Program-made: the position numbers and the translations under genes
NCBI RefSeq assembly: GCF_963921235.1
Contig: NC_086108.1
Span: 108,812,001-108,876,000 of the forward strand
Length of the DNA: 64,000 bases
Origin: Mobula hypostoma
Lineage: Eukaryota
Direction of reading: 5' to 3'
The notes under the pieces: generated by a model
Seen by the model: only the letters and a program-made list of their open reading frames with translations
Told to the model about the DNA's origin: nothing
Databases searched by the model: none
Shown here: positions 12,646-25,195 of the stretch, piece by piece
How positions within the stretch are numbered: position 1 is the first letter of the stretch
How the letters are laid out: each line of letters begins with the position of its first letter

Positions 12646-14610
12646 TAGAAACATAGAAACATAGAAAATAGGTGCAGGAGTAGGCCATTCGGCCCTTCGA
12701 GCCTGCACCGCCATTTATTATGATCATGGCTGATCATCCAATTCAGAACCCCGCCCCAGCCTTCCCTCCATACCCCCTGACCCCTGTAGCCACAAGGGCC
12801 ATATCTAACTCCCTCTTAAACATAGCCAATGAACTGGCCTCAACAGTTTGCTGTGGCAGAGAATTCCACAGATTCACCACTCTCTGTATGCAGAAGTTTT
12901 TCCTAATCTCGGTCCTAAAAGGCTTCCCCTCTATCCTCAGACTGTGACCCCTCGTTCTGGACTTCCCCAACATCGGGAACAATCTTCCTGCATCTACCCT
13001 GTCCAATCCCTTTAGGATCTTATACGTTTCAATCAGATCCCCCCTCAATCTTCTAAATTCCAACGAGTACAAGCCCAGTTCATCCAGTCTTTCTTCATAT
13101 GAAAGTCCTGCCATCCTAGGAATCAATCTGGTGAACCTTCTTTGTACTCCCTCTATGGCAAAGATGTCTTTCCTCAGATTAGGGGACCAAAACTGCACAC
13201 AATACTCCAGGTGTGGTCTCACCAAGGCCTTGTACAACTGCAGTAGTACCTCCCTGCTCCTGTACTCGAATCCTCTCGCTATAAATGCCAGCATACCATT
13301 CGCCTTTTTCACCGCCTGCTGTACCTGCATGCCCACTTTCAATGACTGATGTATAATGACACCCAGGTCTCGTTGCACCTCCCCTTTTCCTAATCGGCCA
13401 CCATTCAGATAATAATCTGTTTTCCTATTTTTGCCACCAAAGTGGATAACTTCACATTTATCCACATTAAATTGCATCTGCCAAGAGTTTGCCCACTCAC
13501 CCAACCTATCCAAGTCACCCTGCATCCTCTTAGCATCCTCCTCACAGCTAACACTGTCACCCAGCTTCGTGTCATCCGCAAACTTGGAGATGCTGCATTT
13601 AATTCCCTCATCCAAGTCATTAATATATATTGTAAACAACTGCGGTCCCAGCACTGAGCCTTGCGGTACCCCACTAGTCACCGCCTGCCATTCTGAAAAG
13701 GTCCCGTTTATTCCCACTCTTTGCTTCCTGTCTGCTAACCAATTCTCCACCCACACCAATACCTTACCCCCAATACCGTGTGCTTTAAGTTTGCACACTA
13801 ATCTCCTGTGTGGGACCTTGTCAAAAGCCTTTTGAAAATCCAAATATACCACATCCACTGGTTCTCCCCTATCCACTCTACTAGTTACATCCTCAAAAAA
13901 TTCTATGAGATTCGTCAGACATGATTTTCCTTTGACAAATCCATGCTGACTTTGTCCGATCATTTCACCGCTTTCCAAATGTGCTGTTATCACATCCTTG
14001 ATAACTGACTCCAGCAGTTTCCCCACCACCGACGTTAGGCTAACCGGTCTATAATTCCCCGGTTTCTCTCTCCCTCCTTTTTTAAAAAGTGGGGTTACAT
14101 TAGCCACCCTCCAATCCTCAGGAACTAGTCCAGAATCTAACGAGTTTTGAAAAATTATCACTAATGCATCCACTATTTCTTGGGCTACTTCCTTAAGCAC
14201 TCTAGGATGCAGACCATCTGGCCCTGGGGATTTATCTGCCTTCAATCCCTTCAATTTACCTAACACCACTTCCCTACTAACATGTATTTCACTCAGTTCC
14301 TCCATCTCACTGGACCCTCTGTCCCTTACTATTTCTGGAAGATTATTTATGTTCTCCTTAGTGAAGACAGAACCAAAGTAATTATTCAATTGGTCTGCCA
14401 TGTGCTTGCTCCCCATAATCAATTCACCTGTTTCTGTCTGCAGGGGACCTACATTTGTCTTTACCAGTCTTTTCCTTTTTACATATCTATAAAAGCTTTT
14501 ACAGTCCGTTTTTATGTTCTCTGCCAGTTTTCTCTCATAATCTTTTTTCCCCTTCCTAATTAAGCCCTTTGTCTTCCTCTGCTGAACTCTGAATTTCTCC
14601 CAGTCCTCAG
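12646..14610 (-). mobile_element. Young 5'-truncated CR1 LINE
   Basis: Contains an uninterrupted RT ORF and ends in a (TTTCTATG)n tail. Confidence 0.95.
12743..14422 (-). CDS. CR1 ORF2 reverse transcriptase (intact 559-aa C-terminal portion; no APE)
   Basis: KSPGPDG, NYRPVSLTS, QHGF, LDFQKAFDKV, GVPQGSVLGP, FADDTK, RDLGV. Confidence 0.85.
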   Translation of the reverse strand: MIMGSKHMADQLNNYFGSVFTKENINNLPEIVRDRGSSEMEELSEIHVSREVVLGKLKGLKADKSPGPDGLHPRVLKEVAQEIVDALVIIFQNSLDSGLVPEDWRVANVTPLFKKGGREKPGNYRPVSLTSVVGKLLESVIKDVITAHLESGEMIGQSQHGFVKGKSCLTNLIEFFEDVTSRVDRGEPVDVVYLDFQKAFDKVPHRRLVCKLKAHGIGGKVLVWVENWLADRKQRVGINGTFSEWQAVTSGVPQGSVLGPQLFTIYINDLDEGIKCSISKFADDTKLGDSVSCEEDAKRMQGDLDRLGEWANSWQMQFNVDKCEVIHFGGKNRKTDYYLNGGRLGKGEVQRDLGVIIHQSLKVGMQVQQAVKKANGMLAFIARGFEYRSREVLLQLYKALVRPHLEYCVQFWSPNLRKDIFAIEGVQRRFTRLIPRMAGLSYEERLDELGLYSLEFRRLRGDLIETYKILKGLDRVDAGRLFPMLGKSRTRGHSLRIEGKPFRTEIRKNFCIQRVVNLWNSLPQQTVEASSLAMFKRELDMALVATGVRGYGGKAGAGF

Positions 14611-14790
14611 AGAAATTCTGAGAAATTGTGCAGAATAAAGTGTTACAGTTACAGAGAAAGGGAAGCAGATATTAAGGTGCAAGTCAATGACAGGGTAGAT
14701 TGAGAGGTCAACAGTCCATGTTATCATACGAGAAGACCATTGGGAGGCTAATAGTCTGTGTTATTATACAAGTGAACTATTGGGAGGTCA

Positions 14791-15375
14791 AGACCATAAG
14801 ACCATAAGACATAGGAGCAGAATTAGGCCATCTGGCCCATTGAGTCTGCTCCACCATTCAATCATGGCTGATCCTTTTTTTTTCCCTCCTCCTCAACTCC
14901 AGTTCTTGGCCTTCTCCCCGTAACCTTTGATGGTATGTCCAATCAAGAACTTATCAATCTCTGCCTTAAATATACCCAATGACCTGGCCTCTACAGTTGC
15001 ATGTGGCAACAAATTCCACAAATTCACCACCTTTTGGCTAAAGAAATTTCTCTGCATCTCTGTTTTGAAAGGGTGCCCCTCTAACCTGAGGCTGTGTCCT
15101 CTTGTCCTAGACTCTCCCACCATGGCAAACATCCTTTCCACATTACTCTGTCCAGGCCTTTCAACATTTGAAAGGTTTCAAGGAAATCCCCCCCCCATTC
15201 TTCTAAATTCCAGCAAGTACAGGCCCAGAGCCATCAAACATTCCTCGTATGATAACCCTTTCATTCCTGGAATCATCATTGTGAACCTCCTCTGGACACT
15301 CTCCCATGCCAACACATCTTTTCTAAGATGAGGAGCCCAAAACTGGTCACAATACTGAAGATGAGGCCTCACTGT
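14791..15375 (-). mobile_element. CR1 LINE 3' fragment inserted into the start of the 40-bp minisatellite
   Basis: RPHLQYC.QFWAPHLRKD...RTRGHSL; (CTTATGGT)n tail. Confidence 0.88.
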
Positions 15376-15384
15376 GCATCAGGA

Positions 15385-17290
15385 GTCCATGTTGTCATAC
15401 AAGTGGACCATTGGGAAGTCAGCAGTCTGTGTTGTCATACAAGTGGACCATTGGGAGGTCGGCAGTCTGTGTTATCATACAAGCAGACCATTGGGAAGTC
15501 AGCAGTCTGTGTTGTCATACAAGTGGACCATTGGGAGGTCGGTAGTCTGTGTTGTCATACAAGCGGACCATTGGGAGGTCGGCGGTCTGTGTTGTCATAC
15601 AAGTGGACCATTGGGAAGTCAGCAGTCTGTGTTGTCATACAAGTGGACCATTGGGAGGTCGGCAGTCTCTGTTGTCATACAAGTGGACCATTGGGAGGTC
15701 GGCAGTCTGTGTTATCATACAAGCAGACCATTGGGAAGTCAGCAGTCTGTGTTATCATACAAGCAGACCATTGGGAAGTCAGCAGTCTGTGTTGTCATAC
15801 AAGTGGACCATTGGGAGGTCGGCAGTCTGTGTTGTCATACAAGCGGACCATTGGGAGGTCGGCGGTCTGTGTTGTCATACAAGTGGACCATTGGGAAGTC
15901 AGCAGTCTGTGTTGTCATACGTGGACCATTGGGAGGTCGGCAGTCTCTGTTGTCATACAAGTGGACCATTGGGAGGTCGGCAGTCTGTGTTATCATACAA
16001 GCAGACCATTGGGAGGTCGGCAGTCTGTGTTGTCATACAAGTGGACCATTGGGAGGTCGGCGGTCTGTGTTGTCATACAAGTGGACCATTGGGAGGTCGG
16101 CGGTCTGTGTTGTCATACAAGTGGACCATTGGGAGGTCGGCGGTCTGTGTTGTCATACAAGTGGACCATTGGGAGGTCGGCGGTCTGTGTTGTCATACAA
16201 GTGGACCATTGGGAGGTCGGCGGTCTGTGTTGTCATACAAGTGGACCATTGGGAGGTCGGCGGTCTGTGTTGTCATACAAGTGGACCATTGGGAGGTCGG
16301 CGGTCTGTGTTGTCATACAAGTGGACCATTGGGAGGTCGGCGGTCTGTGTTGTCATACAAGTGGACCATTGGGAGGTCGGCGGTCTGTGTTGTCATACAA
16401 GTGGACCATTGGGAGGTCGGCGGTCTGTGTTGTCATACAAGTGGACCATTGGGAGGTCGGCAGTCTGTGTTGTCATACAAGTGGACCATTGGGAGGTCGG
16501 CGGTCTGTGTTGTCATACAAGTGGACCATTGGGAGGTCGGCAGTCTGTGTTGTCATACCAGCGGACCATTGGGAGGTCGGCAGTCTGTGTTGTCATACAA
16601 GTGGACCATTGGGAGGTCGGCAGTCTGTGTTGTCATACCAGCGGACCATTGGGAGGTCGGCAGTCTGTGTTGTCATACAAGTGGACCATTGGGAGGTCGG
16701 CAGTCTGTGTTGTCATACCAGCGGACCATTGGGAGGTCGGCAGTCTGTGTTGTCATACAAGTGGACCATTGGGAAGTCGGCAGTCTGTGTTGTCATACAA
16801 GTGGACCATTGGGAGGTCGGCAGTCTGTGTTGTCATACAAGTGGACCATTGGGAGGTCGGCAGTCTGTGTTGTCATACAAGTGGACCATTGGGAGGTCGG
16901 CAGTCTGTGTTGTCATACAAGTGGACCATTGGGAGGTCGGCGGTCTGTGTTGTCATACAAGTGGACCATTGGGAGGTCGGCAGTCTGTGTTGTCATACCA
17001 GCGGACCATTGGGAGGTCGGCGGTCTGTGTTGTCATACAAGTGGACCATTGGGAGGTCGGCAGTCTGTGTTGTCATACAAGTGGACCATTGGGAAGTCGG
17101 CAGTCTGTGTTGTCATACAAGTGGACTATTGGGAGGTCGGCAGTCTGTGTTGTCATACAAGTGGACCATTGGGAGGTCGGCAGTCTGTGTTGTCATACAA
17201 GTGGACCTTTGGGAGGTCGGCAGTCTGTGTTGTCATACAAGTGGACCATTGGGAGGTCGGCAGTCTGTGTTGTCATACAAGTGGACCTTT
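15385..17290. repeat. 40-bp GC-rich minisatellite, about 47 copies
   Basis: Unit GTTGTCATACAAGTGGACCATTGGGAGGTCGGCAGTCTGT repeated head-to-tail with no spacers. One 38-bp unit lies near 15920. Confidence 0.98.
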
Positions 17291-17514
17291 TAATGGAAAT
17301 AGAAGTTGCCTTTGAGCCTGGTGTGTATGTGCTTTCAGACTTTTGCATATCCTACCCTGTGGGAGGGTACATCCTCGGCTGTGTTGGTTGCCAGCACAAT
17401 TGACACATTTCACTATTATTATACACATGAGATAAATAAATCTAAGCCTGAATTCGAATCTGACCAAGGGAATAAAACTATAGCAGCCAGTATAACTCCC
17501 CAACTTATCTTGAG

Positions 17515-17895
17515 GGGTGAGGTGGTGACAAGGTGGAGATACTTTTCTACCAAAGGAGGTGTAAAGCGCTCCTTCCCTCCGCGAGCCTGCAGATCACCTT
17601 GGGCAAGGTGTCGCACCTGCTCAGCCCCCAAATCGGGGTCATGTGAAGCCTTGGGAGCAGGTGGTGGATGCTTGTACGAGCAGTTGGTGCACATCACAAG
17701 TCCTGGTTATGCAACCTACTGATGCCAGGCGGACAATTTCTGAAGAGAATTGGTAATGGCTGGGATCACCCATCTTGTTAAAAACACTGCCCAGAAGAAG
17801 GAAATGGCAAACCAATTCTGCAGAAAAAAATTGCCAGGAACAATCATAGTCATGGAAAGACCATGATCATCCACATCATACGACATGGCACATAG
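17515..17895 (+). mobile_element. RTE-related non-autonomous/SINE-like element, uninterrupted copy
   Basis: Same family as 9129-10000. Confidence 0.7.
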
Positions 17896-18029
17896 AGGAC
17901 AGATGGACTTCTTGAAAGCTATTTTCATGTGCACAAGATAACACCACTGGAAATGTAACAGCAGAGTGCCCGTCTATCTTCCTTACTGATCTCAGTGCTG
18001 TGCTGCCTCACGTTTATACACACTAGTTA

Positions 18030-18205
18030 GTTACTGCCTGTTACACCGCTGGCGTTTAAGGCAGCAATGAAGTTCCTCCATCTCTGTCTGCCTTTGGTGC
18101 ATACAAATGTAGAAGGATTCCTCATTGCTGCTTCCGCAATAATTTTGTTTCACCAGTCAGGATGGTTAGTCCTGAACCTGGAGGACCACTCTTGGTCCGG
18201 CCTCT
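18030..18205 (-). mobile_element. RTE-derived bipartite non-autonomous fragment
   Basis: Colinear with the pieces at 3625-3690, 4585-4620 and 4970-5040. Confidence 0.5.
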
Positions 18206-18474
18206 GTACAGATGATGATAATGTGTGCAAGTGTCACAGAGTGGTTTAATGCATCTACAGTAATCAACTTTTGGCCTCGGGTCTTGACTTTTCAACAGTG
18301 ACCAGCCTTTTACAGGTTCTGCACTTCTGCTTGTGATTTGTGTTGTCTGATTAAACATCACCACTTGAAAAATTGACTTTAATGCACTTTCAGATCACAA
18401 GTCTTATACTTACTAGCAGTGTAAGTGTTAATTACCAAGATTTTCTTTAATTAATGGCCATGTTAAATTTAAAA

Positions 18475-19296
18475 ACGTAAACACGAGGAATTCTGCAGAT
18501 GCTGGAATTCAAGCAACACACATCAAAGTTGCTGGTGAACGCAGCAGGCCAGGCAGCATCTGTAGGGAGAGGTACAGTCGACGTTTCAGGCCGAGACCCT
18601 TCGTCAGGACTAACTGAAGGAAGAGTTAGTAAGAGATTTGAAAGCGGGAGGGGGAAGGGGAGATTCAAAATGATAGGAGAAGACAGGAGGGGGAGGGATG
18701 GAGCCAAGAGCTGGACAGTTGATTGACAAAAGGGGATATGAGAGGATCATGGGACAGGAGACCCAGGGAGAAGGAGAGGGGGGAGGGGGAGGAAAAAACC
18801 CAGAGGATGGGCAAGGGGTATAGTCAGAGGGACAGAGGGAGAAAAAGGAGAGAGAGAGAAAGAATGTGTGTATATAAATAACAGATGGGGTATGAGGGGG
18901 AGGTGGGGCATTAGCGGAAGTTAGAGAAGTCAATGTTCATGCCATCAGGTTGGAGGCTACCCAGACGGTATATAAGGTGTTGTTCCTCCAACCTGAGTGT
19001 GGCTTCATCTTTACAGTAGAGGAGGCCGTGGATAGACATGTCAGAATGGGAATGGGATGTGGAATTAAAATGTGTGGCCACTGGGAGATCCTGCTTTCTC
19101 TGGCGGACAGAGCGTAGATGTTCAGCAAAGCGGTCTCCCAGTCTGCATTGGGTCTCACCAATATATAGAAGGCCACATCAGGAGCACCGGACACAGTATA
19201 TCACCCCAGTCGACTCACAGGGGCCCAAAACGTCGACTGTACCTCTTCCTAGAGATGCTGCCTGGCCTGCTGCGTTCACCAGCAACTTTGATGTTG
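18475..19296 (-). mobile_element. 5'-truncated Penelope-like element (GIY-YIG end + pLTR) with an inverted pLTR piece
   Basis: Nearly identical to 57681-58365. Inverted LTR piece at ~19221-19294. 13-bp TSD GTTAAATTTAAAA at 18462-18474 and 19297-19309. Confidence 0.9.
18576..18611 (-). ncRNA. Minimal type I hammerhead ribozyme motif
   Basis: Minus strand AGTC-CTGACGA-AGG gtctcgg CCT-GAAA-C-GTC-GACT: stem I, the full CUGAnGA/GAAA core, stem II and a GUC cleavage triplet. Confidence 0.8.
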
Positions 19297-20009
19297 GTTA
19301 AATTTAAAAGTTAGGTTTCTGGTAATCTATAAAGAAGTGCTGCGACAGCCCTTTTCATACAAGGAGTTGATTTGCTCAAAAAAGCGAAGCTGTTAAGTCA
19401 CATTAAAGATTAAAGATTCACTTTATCTGTCACATTGAACATACAGTGAAGTGCGTTATTTGCGTCAAGACCAACACAGTCCGAGGATATGCAGGGGTCA
19501 GTTTGCAAGTGTTGCCATGCTTCTGGCGACAACATAGCATGCTCACAGCTCACTATCCCTAGCCAGTACATCTTTGGAGGAAAGCTGGAGCACTTTGAGG
19601 AAGTTGAAGTGATCATGTGAAAAATTTACAATCTCCTCTTAGAGAGTGACAAGAATTTAAACAAGAATGTAGGCGCTGTACAGTGTTATGCCAACCACTA
19701 TGCTATAGTGCTGCCACTATGTTAGGTCCTCAAATAAATGTGTTGGTTTGCCATCATTTACTTATTTTATTTAGTGATACAACGTGGAGCAGGCCCTTCC
19801 GAGCCACACCAACCGATTAACCCTAACCTAATCACGGGACAATTTATAATAACCAATTACCCTACCCAGTACATCATTGTACTGTGGGAGGAAACCGTAG
19901 CACCCCGGGAAACCTCACATTCCATGGGGAGGACACCCATATTGAACACCGAACTTCAACACCTGTAATAGCATTGCATTAACCCCTACACCACAATAGT
20001 GCCCACAAA

Positions 20010-20590
20010 CTTTTCAGAACCTGTATAGTGCCTTTTGACATCAGAGGGCAGGTGTGACATGGACATCAAAAGAAGAATAGGGATGGCAAAAGACACCTTT
20101 ATGAGAATGAAGAGTATACTGACCAACACTAAACTAGGCCTGACAACCCGCCTCAGAGTACTGAAATGTTACATTTATCCAGTTATGTTATATGGCTCAG
20201 AATGTTGGACAATATCTAGTAACGTGAGGAAACAAATTGTAGCAGCAGAGGACACAAAGAATATCATGGATGAAACGAATATCTAACGAGGATGTCATGA
20301 TCAGAGCAAAAGCAAAAAGAGAAATAATGTATGAGATCATGAAAAGGCAACGTGACTTCATTGGACATGTGATTAGGAAAGAGGAGTTAGAATGCACGGT
20401 AATTATGGGAAAGATTGAAGGGAAGAAAGCAAGAGGAAGACAAAGACAAATGATGACGGAGACGCAGCCAGAGAACTGGAAATGAATATCAATGAATTGA
20501 TCCACTTGACCTGAAACAGAAGTGTGTGGGCCATGGCAGTCAAAGCTCAAACAGGGTATGGCACCTGATGATGGTGCTGTGATGATGATA
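20010..20590 (+). mobile_element. RTE LINE 3' fragment
   Basis: DIKRRIGMAK...MLYGSECWT...GHVIRK...GKIEGKKARGRQR; (GAT)n tail. Confidence 0.8.
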
Positions 20591-21242
20591 GTGCTTTTGG
20601 CCTCCTTGGGATATCACCAAATATTTTATAGTGATTATATGTTCAATTCCGGCCACGTCAATGTAGAAAGGATCTTGAGGCTTTGGAGAGGGGACAGAAG
20701 AGTTTCACTAGGGTGTTGCCCGGAATTTAGATGGTATTAACTTTTGGGTTTTTTCCCACTTTGTAAGTTGTGAATTTAGTTGTATTGTGGAAGCAAGGCA
20801 TAAAATAATACAATGAATGGAATAATGAGGCCCTTAATGAGACTTCGTGGGCTGATCAGAGATTTGATGGCAAAGGGGAAGAAGTTGTTTCAAAATTGTT
20901 GAGTGTGAATCCTCAGGCACCTGCACCTCCTCTCTAATGGTAGTAAGGAGAAGACGTCGCAGTTCATGAGGGCCCTTATTGATGGATGCTAACTTCTTGA
21001 TGCAACAATTTTTGAAATGTCCTTGATGGTGGGGAGGGTTTGTACCCGTGGTAGAGAAGGTTGAGTTTACTACCCTCTGAAACCTCTTGTGATCCTGCAC
21101 ATTGGAATCTCCATACCAGGCAATAATGTAACCAGTCAGAATGCTCTCCATTCCATCCACAGGAATTTGTCAGAGTCTTTGGTGATGTACCAAATCTCTT
21201 CAAAAGTCTAATAAAATAGAGCTACTGTCACATACAGGAAAT

Positions 21243-22555
21243 ATATAACCATATAACCATTACAGAACAGAAACAGGCCATCTCGACCCTTCTAGTCCAT
21301 GCTGAACTCTTACTCTCACCTAGTCCCACTCAGCCCATAACCCTCCATTCCTTTCCTGTCCACATATCTGTCCAATTTAACTTTAAATGACAACATCGAA
21401 CCTGTCTCAACCACTTCTGCTGGAAGCTCATTCCACACAGCTACCACTCTCTGAGTAAAGAAGTTCCCCCTCATGTTACCCCTAAACTTTTGCCCTTTAA
21501 CTCTCAACTCATGTCCTCTTGTTTGAATCTCCCCCACTCTCAATGGAAAAAGCCTATCCATGTCAACTCTATCTATCCCCCTCATAATTTTAAATACCTC
21601 TATCAAGTCCTCCCTCAACCTTCTACATTCCAGAGAATAAAGATCCAATTTGTTCAACCTTTCTCTGTAACTCAGGTGATGAAACCCAGGCAACATTCTA
21701 GTAAATCTTCTCTGTACTCTCTCTATTTTGTTGACATCTTTCCTATAATTCGGTGACCAAAACTGTACATAATACTCCAAATTTGGCCTCACCAATGCCT
21801 TGCATAATTTCAACATTACAGGTAGATAGGGTAGTTAAGAAAGCTTATGGGGTGTTAGCTTTCATAAGTCAAGGGATAGAGTTTAAGAGTCACGATGTAA
21901 TGATGCATCTCTATAAAACTCTAGTTAGGCCACACTTGGAGTACTGTGTCCATTTCTGGTCACCTCACTATAGGAAGGATGTGGAAGCATTGGAAAGGGT
22001 ACAGAGGAGATTTACCAGGATGCTGCCTGGTTTAGAGAGTATGCATTATGATCAGAGATTAAGGGAGCTAGGGCTTTACTCTTTGGAGAGAAAGAGGATG
22101 AGAGGAGACATGATAGAGGTGTACAAGATATTAAGAGGAATAGATAGAGTGGATAGCCAGCGCCTCTTCCCTAGGGCACCACTGCTCAATACAAGAGGAC
22201 ATGGCTTTAAGGTAAGGGGTGGGAAGTTCAAGGGGGATATTAGAGGAAGGTTTTTTACTCAGAGAGTGGTTGGCGCATGGAATGCACTGCCTGAGTCAGT
22301 GGTGGAGGCAGATACACTAGTGAAGTTTAAGAGATTACCGGACAGGTATATGGAGGAATTTAAGGTGGGGGTGTTATACGGGAGGCAGGGTTTGAGGGTC
22401 AGCACAACATTGTGGGCCGAAGGGCCTGTAATGTGCTGTACTGTTCTATGTTCTCTATCCCAACTCCTATACTCAATTGTCTGATTTAAAAAGGCTGGCA
22501 TACCAAAAGCTTTCTTCACCACTCTATCTACCTGAGATTCCACCTTCATGTAGTT
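21243..22555 (-). mobile_element. CR1 LINE 3' fragment interrupted by an oppositely oriented CR1
   Basis: ORF 21316..21816. The minus-strand coding resumes at ~22456 (QVDRVVKKAFGM.AFLNQ.IEYRSWD). Confidence 0.85.
21818..22455 (+). mobile_element. Young CR1 LINE 3' fragment
   Basis: ORF 21753..22484: QVDRVVKKAYG...LVRPHLEYC...; nearly identical to 62621-63142. Confidence 0.92.
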
Positions 22556-24027
22556 GTAGAAAGAGACATGGGGGTGCCTAAACACCAGGCACCGAAAGCG
22601 TAATGTAGGTGAGATAACCAAGCATGTTAGTCTTCACTCAGTCTTCGCTTGTAGCAAGGTTGGCCCATGACAAACGTATTAGCCTGTTGCTGTCTGTAAG
22701 GAGTCTGCATGTCCTGCCCATTGCCACGTGGGTTTCCTCAGGGTGCTCCACTTTCCAATCACATACAAGTTAGGGTTAATATGTTGTGGGGGTGTTACGT
22801 TGACGGTGGAAGTATGAAGACACTTGTGAGTTGCTCCCAGCACGTGCCCAGACTGTGTTGGTCTTTGATGCAAAGAGCACCATAAGTTTTGACGTATGTG
22901 GGACAAATTTAATAAAGGTAATCCAATTAAATAAAGCTAAGCTGATAAAACTTAGTGAGACCGCAACCGGAATATTGCGTACTGTTTGCTTTCCTTCTCA
23001 AAGAAAATATCTACTTGCTGTGGAATGAGTTCATCAAAGGTTCTCCAGACTGACGTCTGAAAGACCGTCTCTTTTTATGAAGAGAGGTTGAGTAGACTGA
23101 ATCTGTATTCACTAGAGTTTAGAAAAATGAAAGGAGATCTCACTGAAATGTCAACATTTCTGACCTTTAGTCTACTTTCTTTTGCTTCTCTAACTGCTCT
23201 CATTCACTTATCAACTCGATTCCGGGTTGAGCACTCTGACTGGTTGCATCACCGTCTGGTAGGGAGGCTCCAGTGCATGGGATCAGAAATAGCTGGTGAG
23301 GGCTGTAAATTTAGCCAGCTCTGTCATGGACACTAGCCTCTCCACCACTGAGCACACCTTCAAAAGACAATGCCTTATGAAGGTCTGATCCAAGGACCCC
23401 TCCTCCCCCCCGCCCCCGCATCACCCAGGACATACCCTTTTCTCATGTTGACCATCAGAGAGGAGGTACAGGAGCCTGAAGACACAACACACACTCAATG
23501 TTTTAGGAACAGCTTCTTCCCCTCCACCATCACATTTGTAAGTGACCCATGAACCCATGAACACTAACTCACTGTTTTTTCTCTCTTTTTGCACACTGTA
23601 ACTTATAGAACTTTTTTATGTATTGCTGCAACAAAACGACAAAGTTGATGGCACGTTACGTTGGCACCACTTGCGGACTGCCCCTAGCACATCCTCGGAC
23701 TGTGCTGGCTGTTGATGAAAACGACACATTTCACTGTATGTTTTGATTTACAAGTGACAAATAAAACTAATCCTTACAAGCAGGTATAAAGGGTAGGGGA
23801 GCCCAAAGCTAGAGGGAAGATATTTAAAACGAAAAAGGAAAAAATTTAAAAGGATATGTGGGGCAGCTCTTTCACACGGATGTGGAAATCATAGAGTCAT
23901 ACAGTCATAGAAAGTGGCCCTTTGGCCCATCGTGTCTATGCTGACCATCAAGAATCTATCTGTATTGAATCTCATTTATGGAACATTGAACACCCAGTAC
24001 AGTACAGGCCCTTTGGCCCAAAATCTT

Positions 24028-24522
24028 TTTTTATATAATTTTTTAAATTCAATTTTCAAACTTGATTACATGGAATAATAATATCTACCCTGCCCCCTCC
24101 CCTTAACCCTTCCCCCCAATACATACCCCTACCTAAAAGAAAAGAAAGTAAAAGAAAAAAAAACAGAAAAAAGGAAGAGAGACTGCCTGGATATTGGAAG
24201 GTCTCCGGATACTCCATGGGATTCGAAATAAATTTAATATATGTATTTGTTTCTTTCCCAAAGAACCAACATCTTTATCATCGGAGCACCTATATATACA
24301 ATCCTATCTTTTGTAAATAAGGGCGCCAAATATTCAAAAATGTATCATATTTATTTCTTAAATTATAAGTAATTTTATCAAGTGGAATACAGCTAAAAAT
24401 TTCATTATTCCAACGATCCATACTTAAATACGAATCCGATTTCTTAGTAACTGCAATAGCCTTTTTGGCTACTGCCAATGCAATTTTTTATAAATTCTTT
24501 CTGGTATTTATTCAAGTTAAGT
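24028..24522 (-). mobile_element. L1-clade LINE 3' end
   Basis: AVAKKAIA...W..EI..CIPLDKITY.LR...F.NIW.PY is a fish-type L1 ORF2 C-terminus. Poly(A) end at ~24028. ~16-bp imperfect TSD TTTGGC(C/T)CA(A/C)AATCTT. Confidence 0.75.
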
Positions 24523-25141
24523 TTTGGCTCACAATCTTATACCAAGCTTTTAAACTATTCCAAGATCAAACTAGCCCTTCCATCCTACACAGCCCTCTAT
24601 TTTCCTATCATCCATGTGCCTATCTAAGAGTCTCTTAAATGTCCCTAATGTATTTGCCTCTATCACCATCCCGGTAGAGTGTCCCACACATCCATCGCTC
24701 TCTGTACAGAATAGAAGTACTACCTCTGATATCCACCCTGTCCTTTCCTCCTATCACCTTAAAAATTATGCCCTCGCATATCAGACATTCCTGTCCTGAG
24801 ATACATCACCAGAGAAACTCACAACTTCCGCAGATGTACCGTGAAGAGCAACCTGACGATTTGGTATGGAGCGGCCACTGCACTGGATCGCAGAAAGCTG
24901 TAATCTCAGCCTCCCCCACCATGGGCACAGCACTCCCTAGTACTGAGGACATCTTAAAAATGCAAAGCTACGAAAAGGCAGCATCTGTCATGAAATGCCC
25001 CCATCACCCAGGACATGCCCTCTTCTCATTGCTACCAACGAGGAGGTACAGGGACCTGAAGGCACACACTCAATGATTTAGGAACAGCTTCTTCCTCTCC
25101 ACCATCAGAATTCTGAATGGACAATGAACCCATGTACTACT

Positions 25142-25146
<5 letters not shown>

Positions 25147-25192
<46 letters not shown>
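25147..25192. repeat. (AC)23 microsatellite
   Basis: Direct observation. Confidence 0.97.

Positions 25193-25195
<3 letters not shown>

Noticed and set aside
15385..17290. CRISPR array
   Set aside because: Units are contiguous and near-identical with no unique spacers. There are no cas genes and the context is eukaryotic.
15328..17403. Three long ORFs (588-691 aa) on the + strand
   Set aside because: These are an artefact of a stop-free 40-bp unit. All three frames give the same 40-aa periodic peptide.
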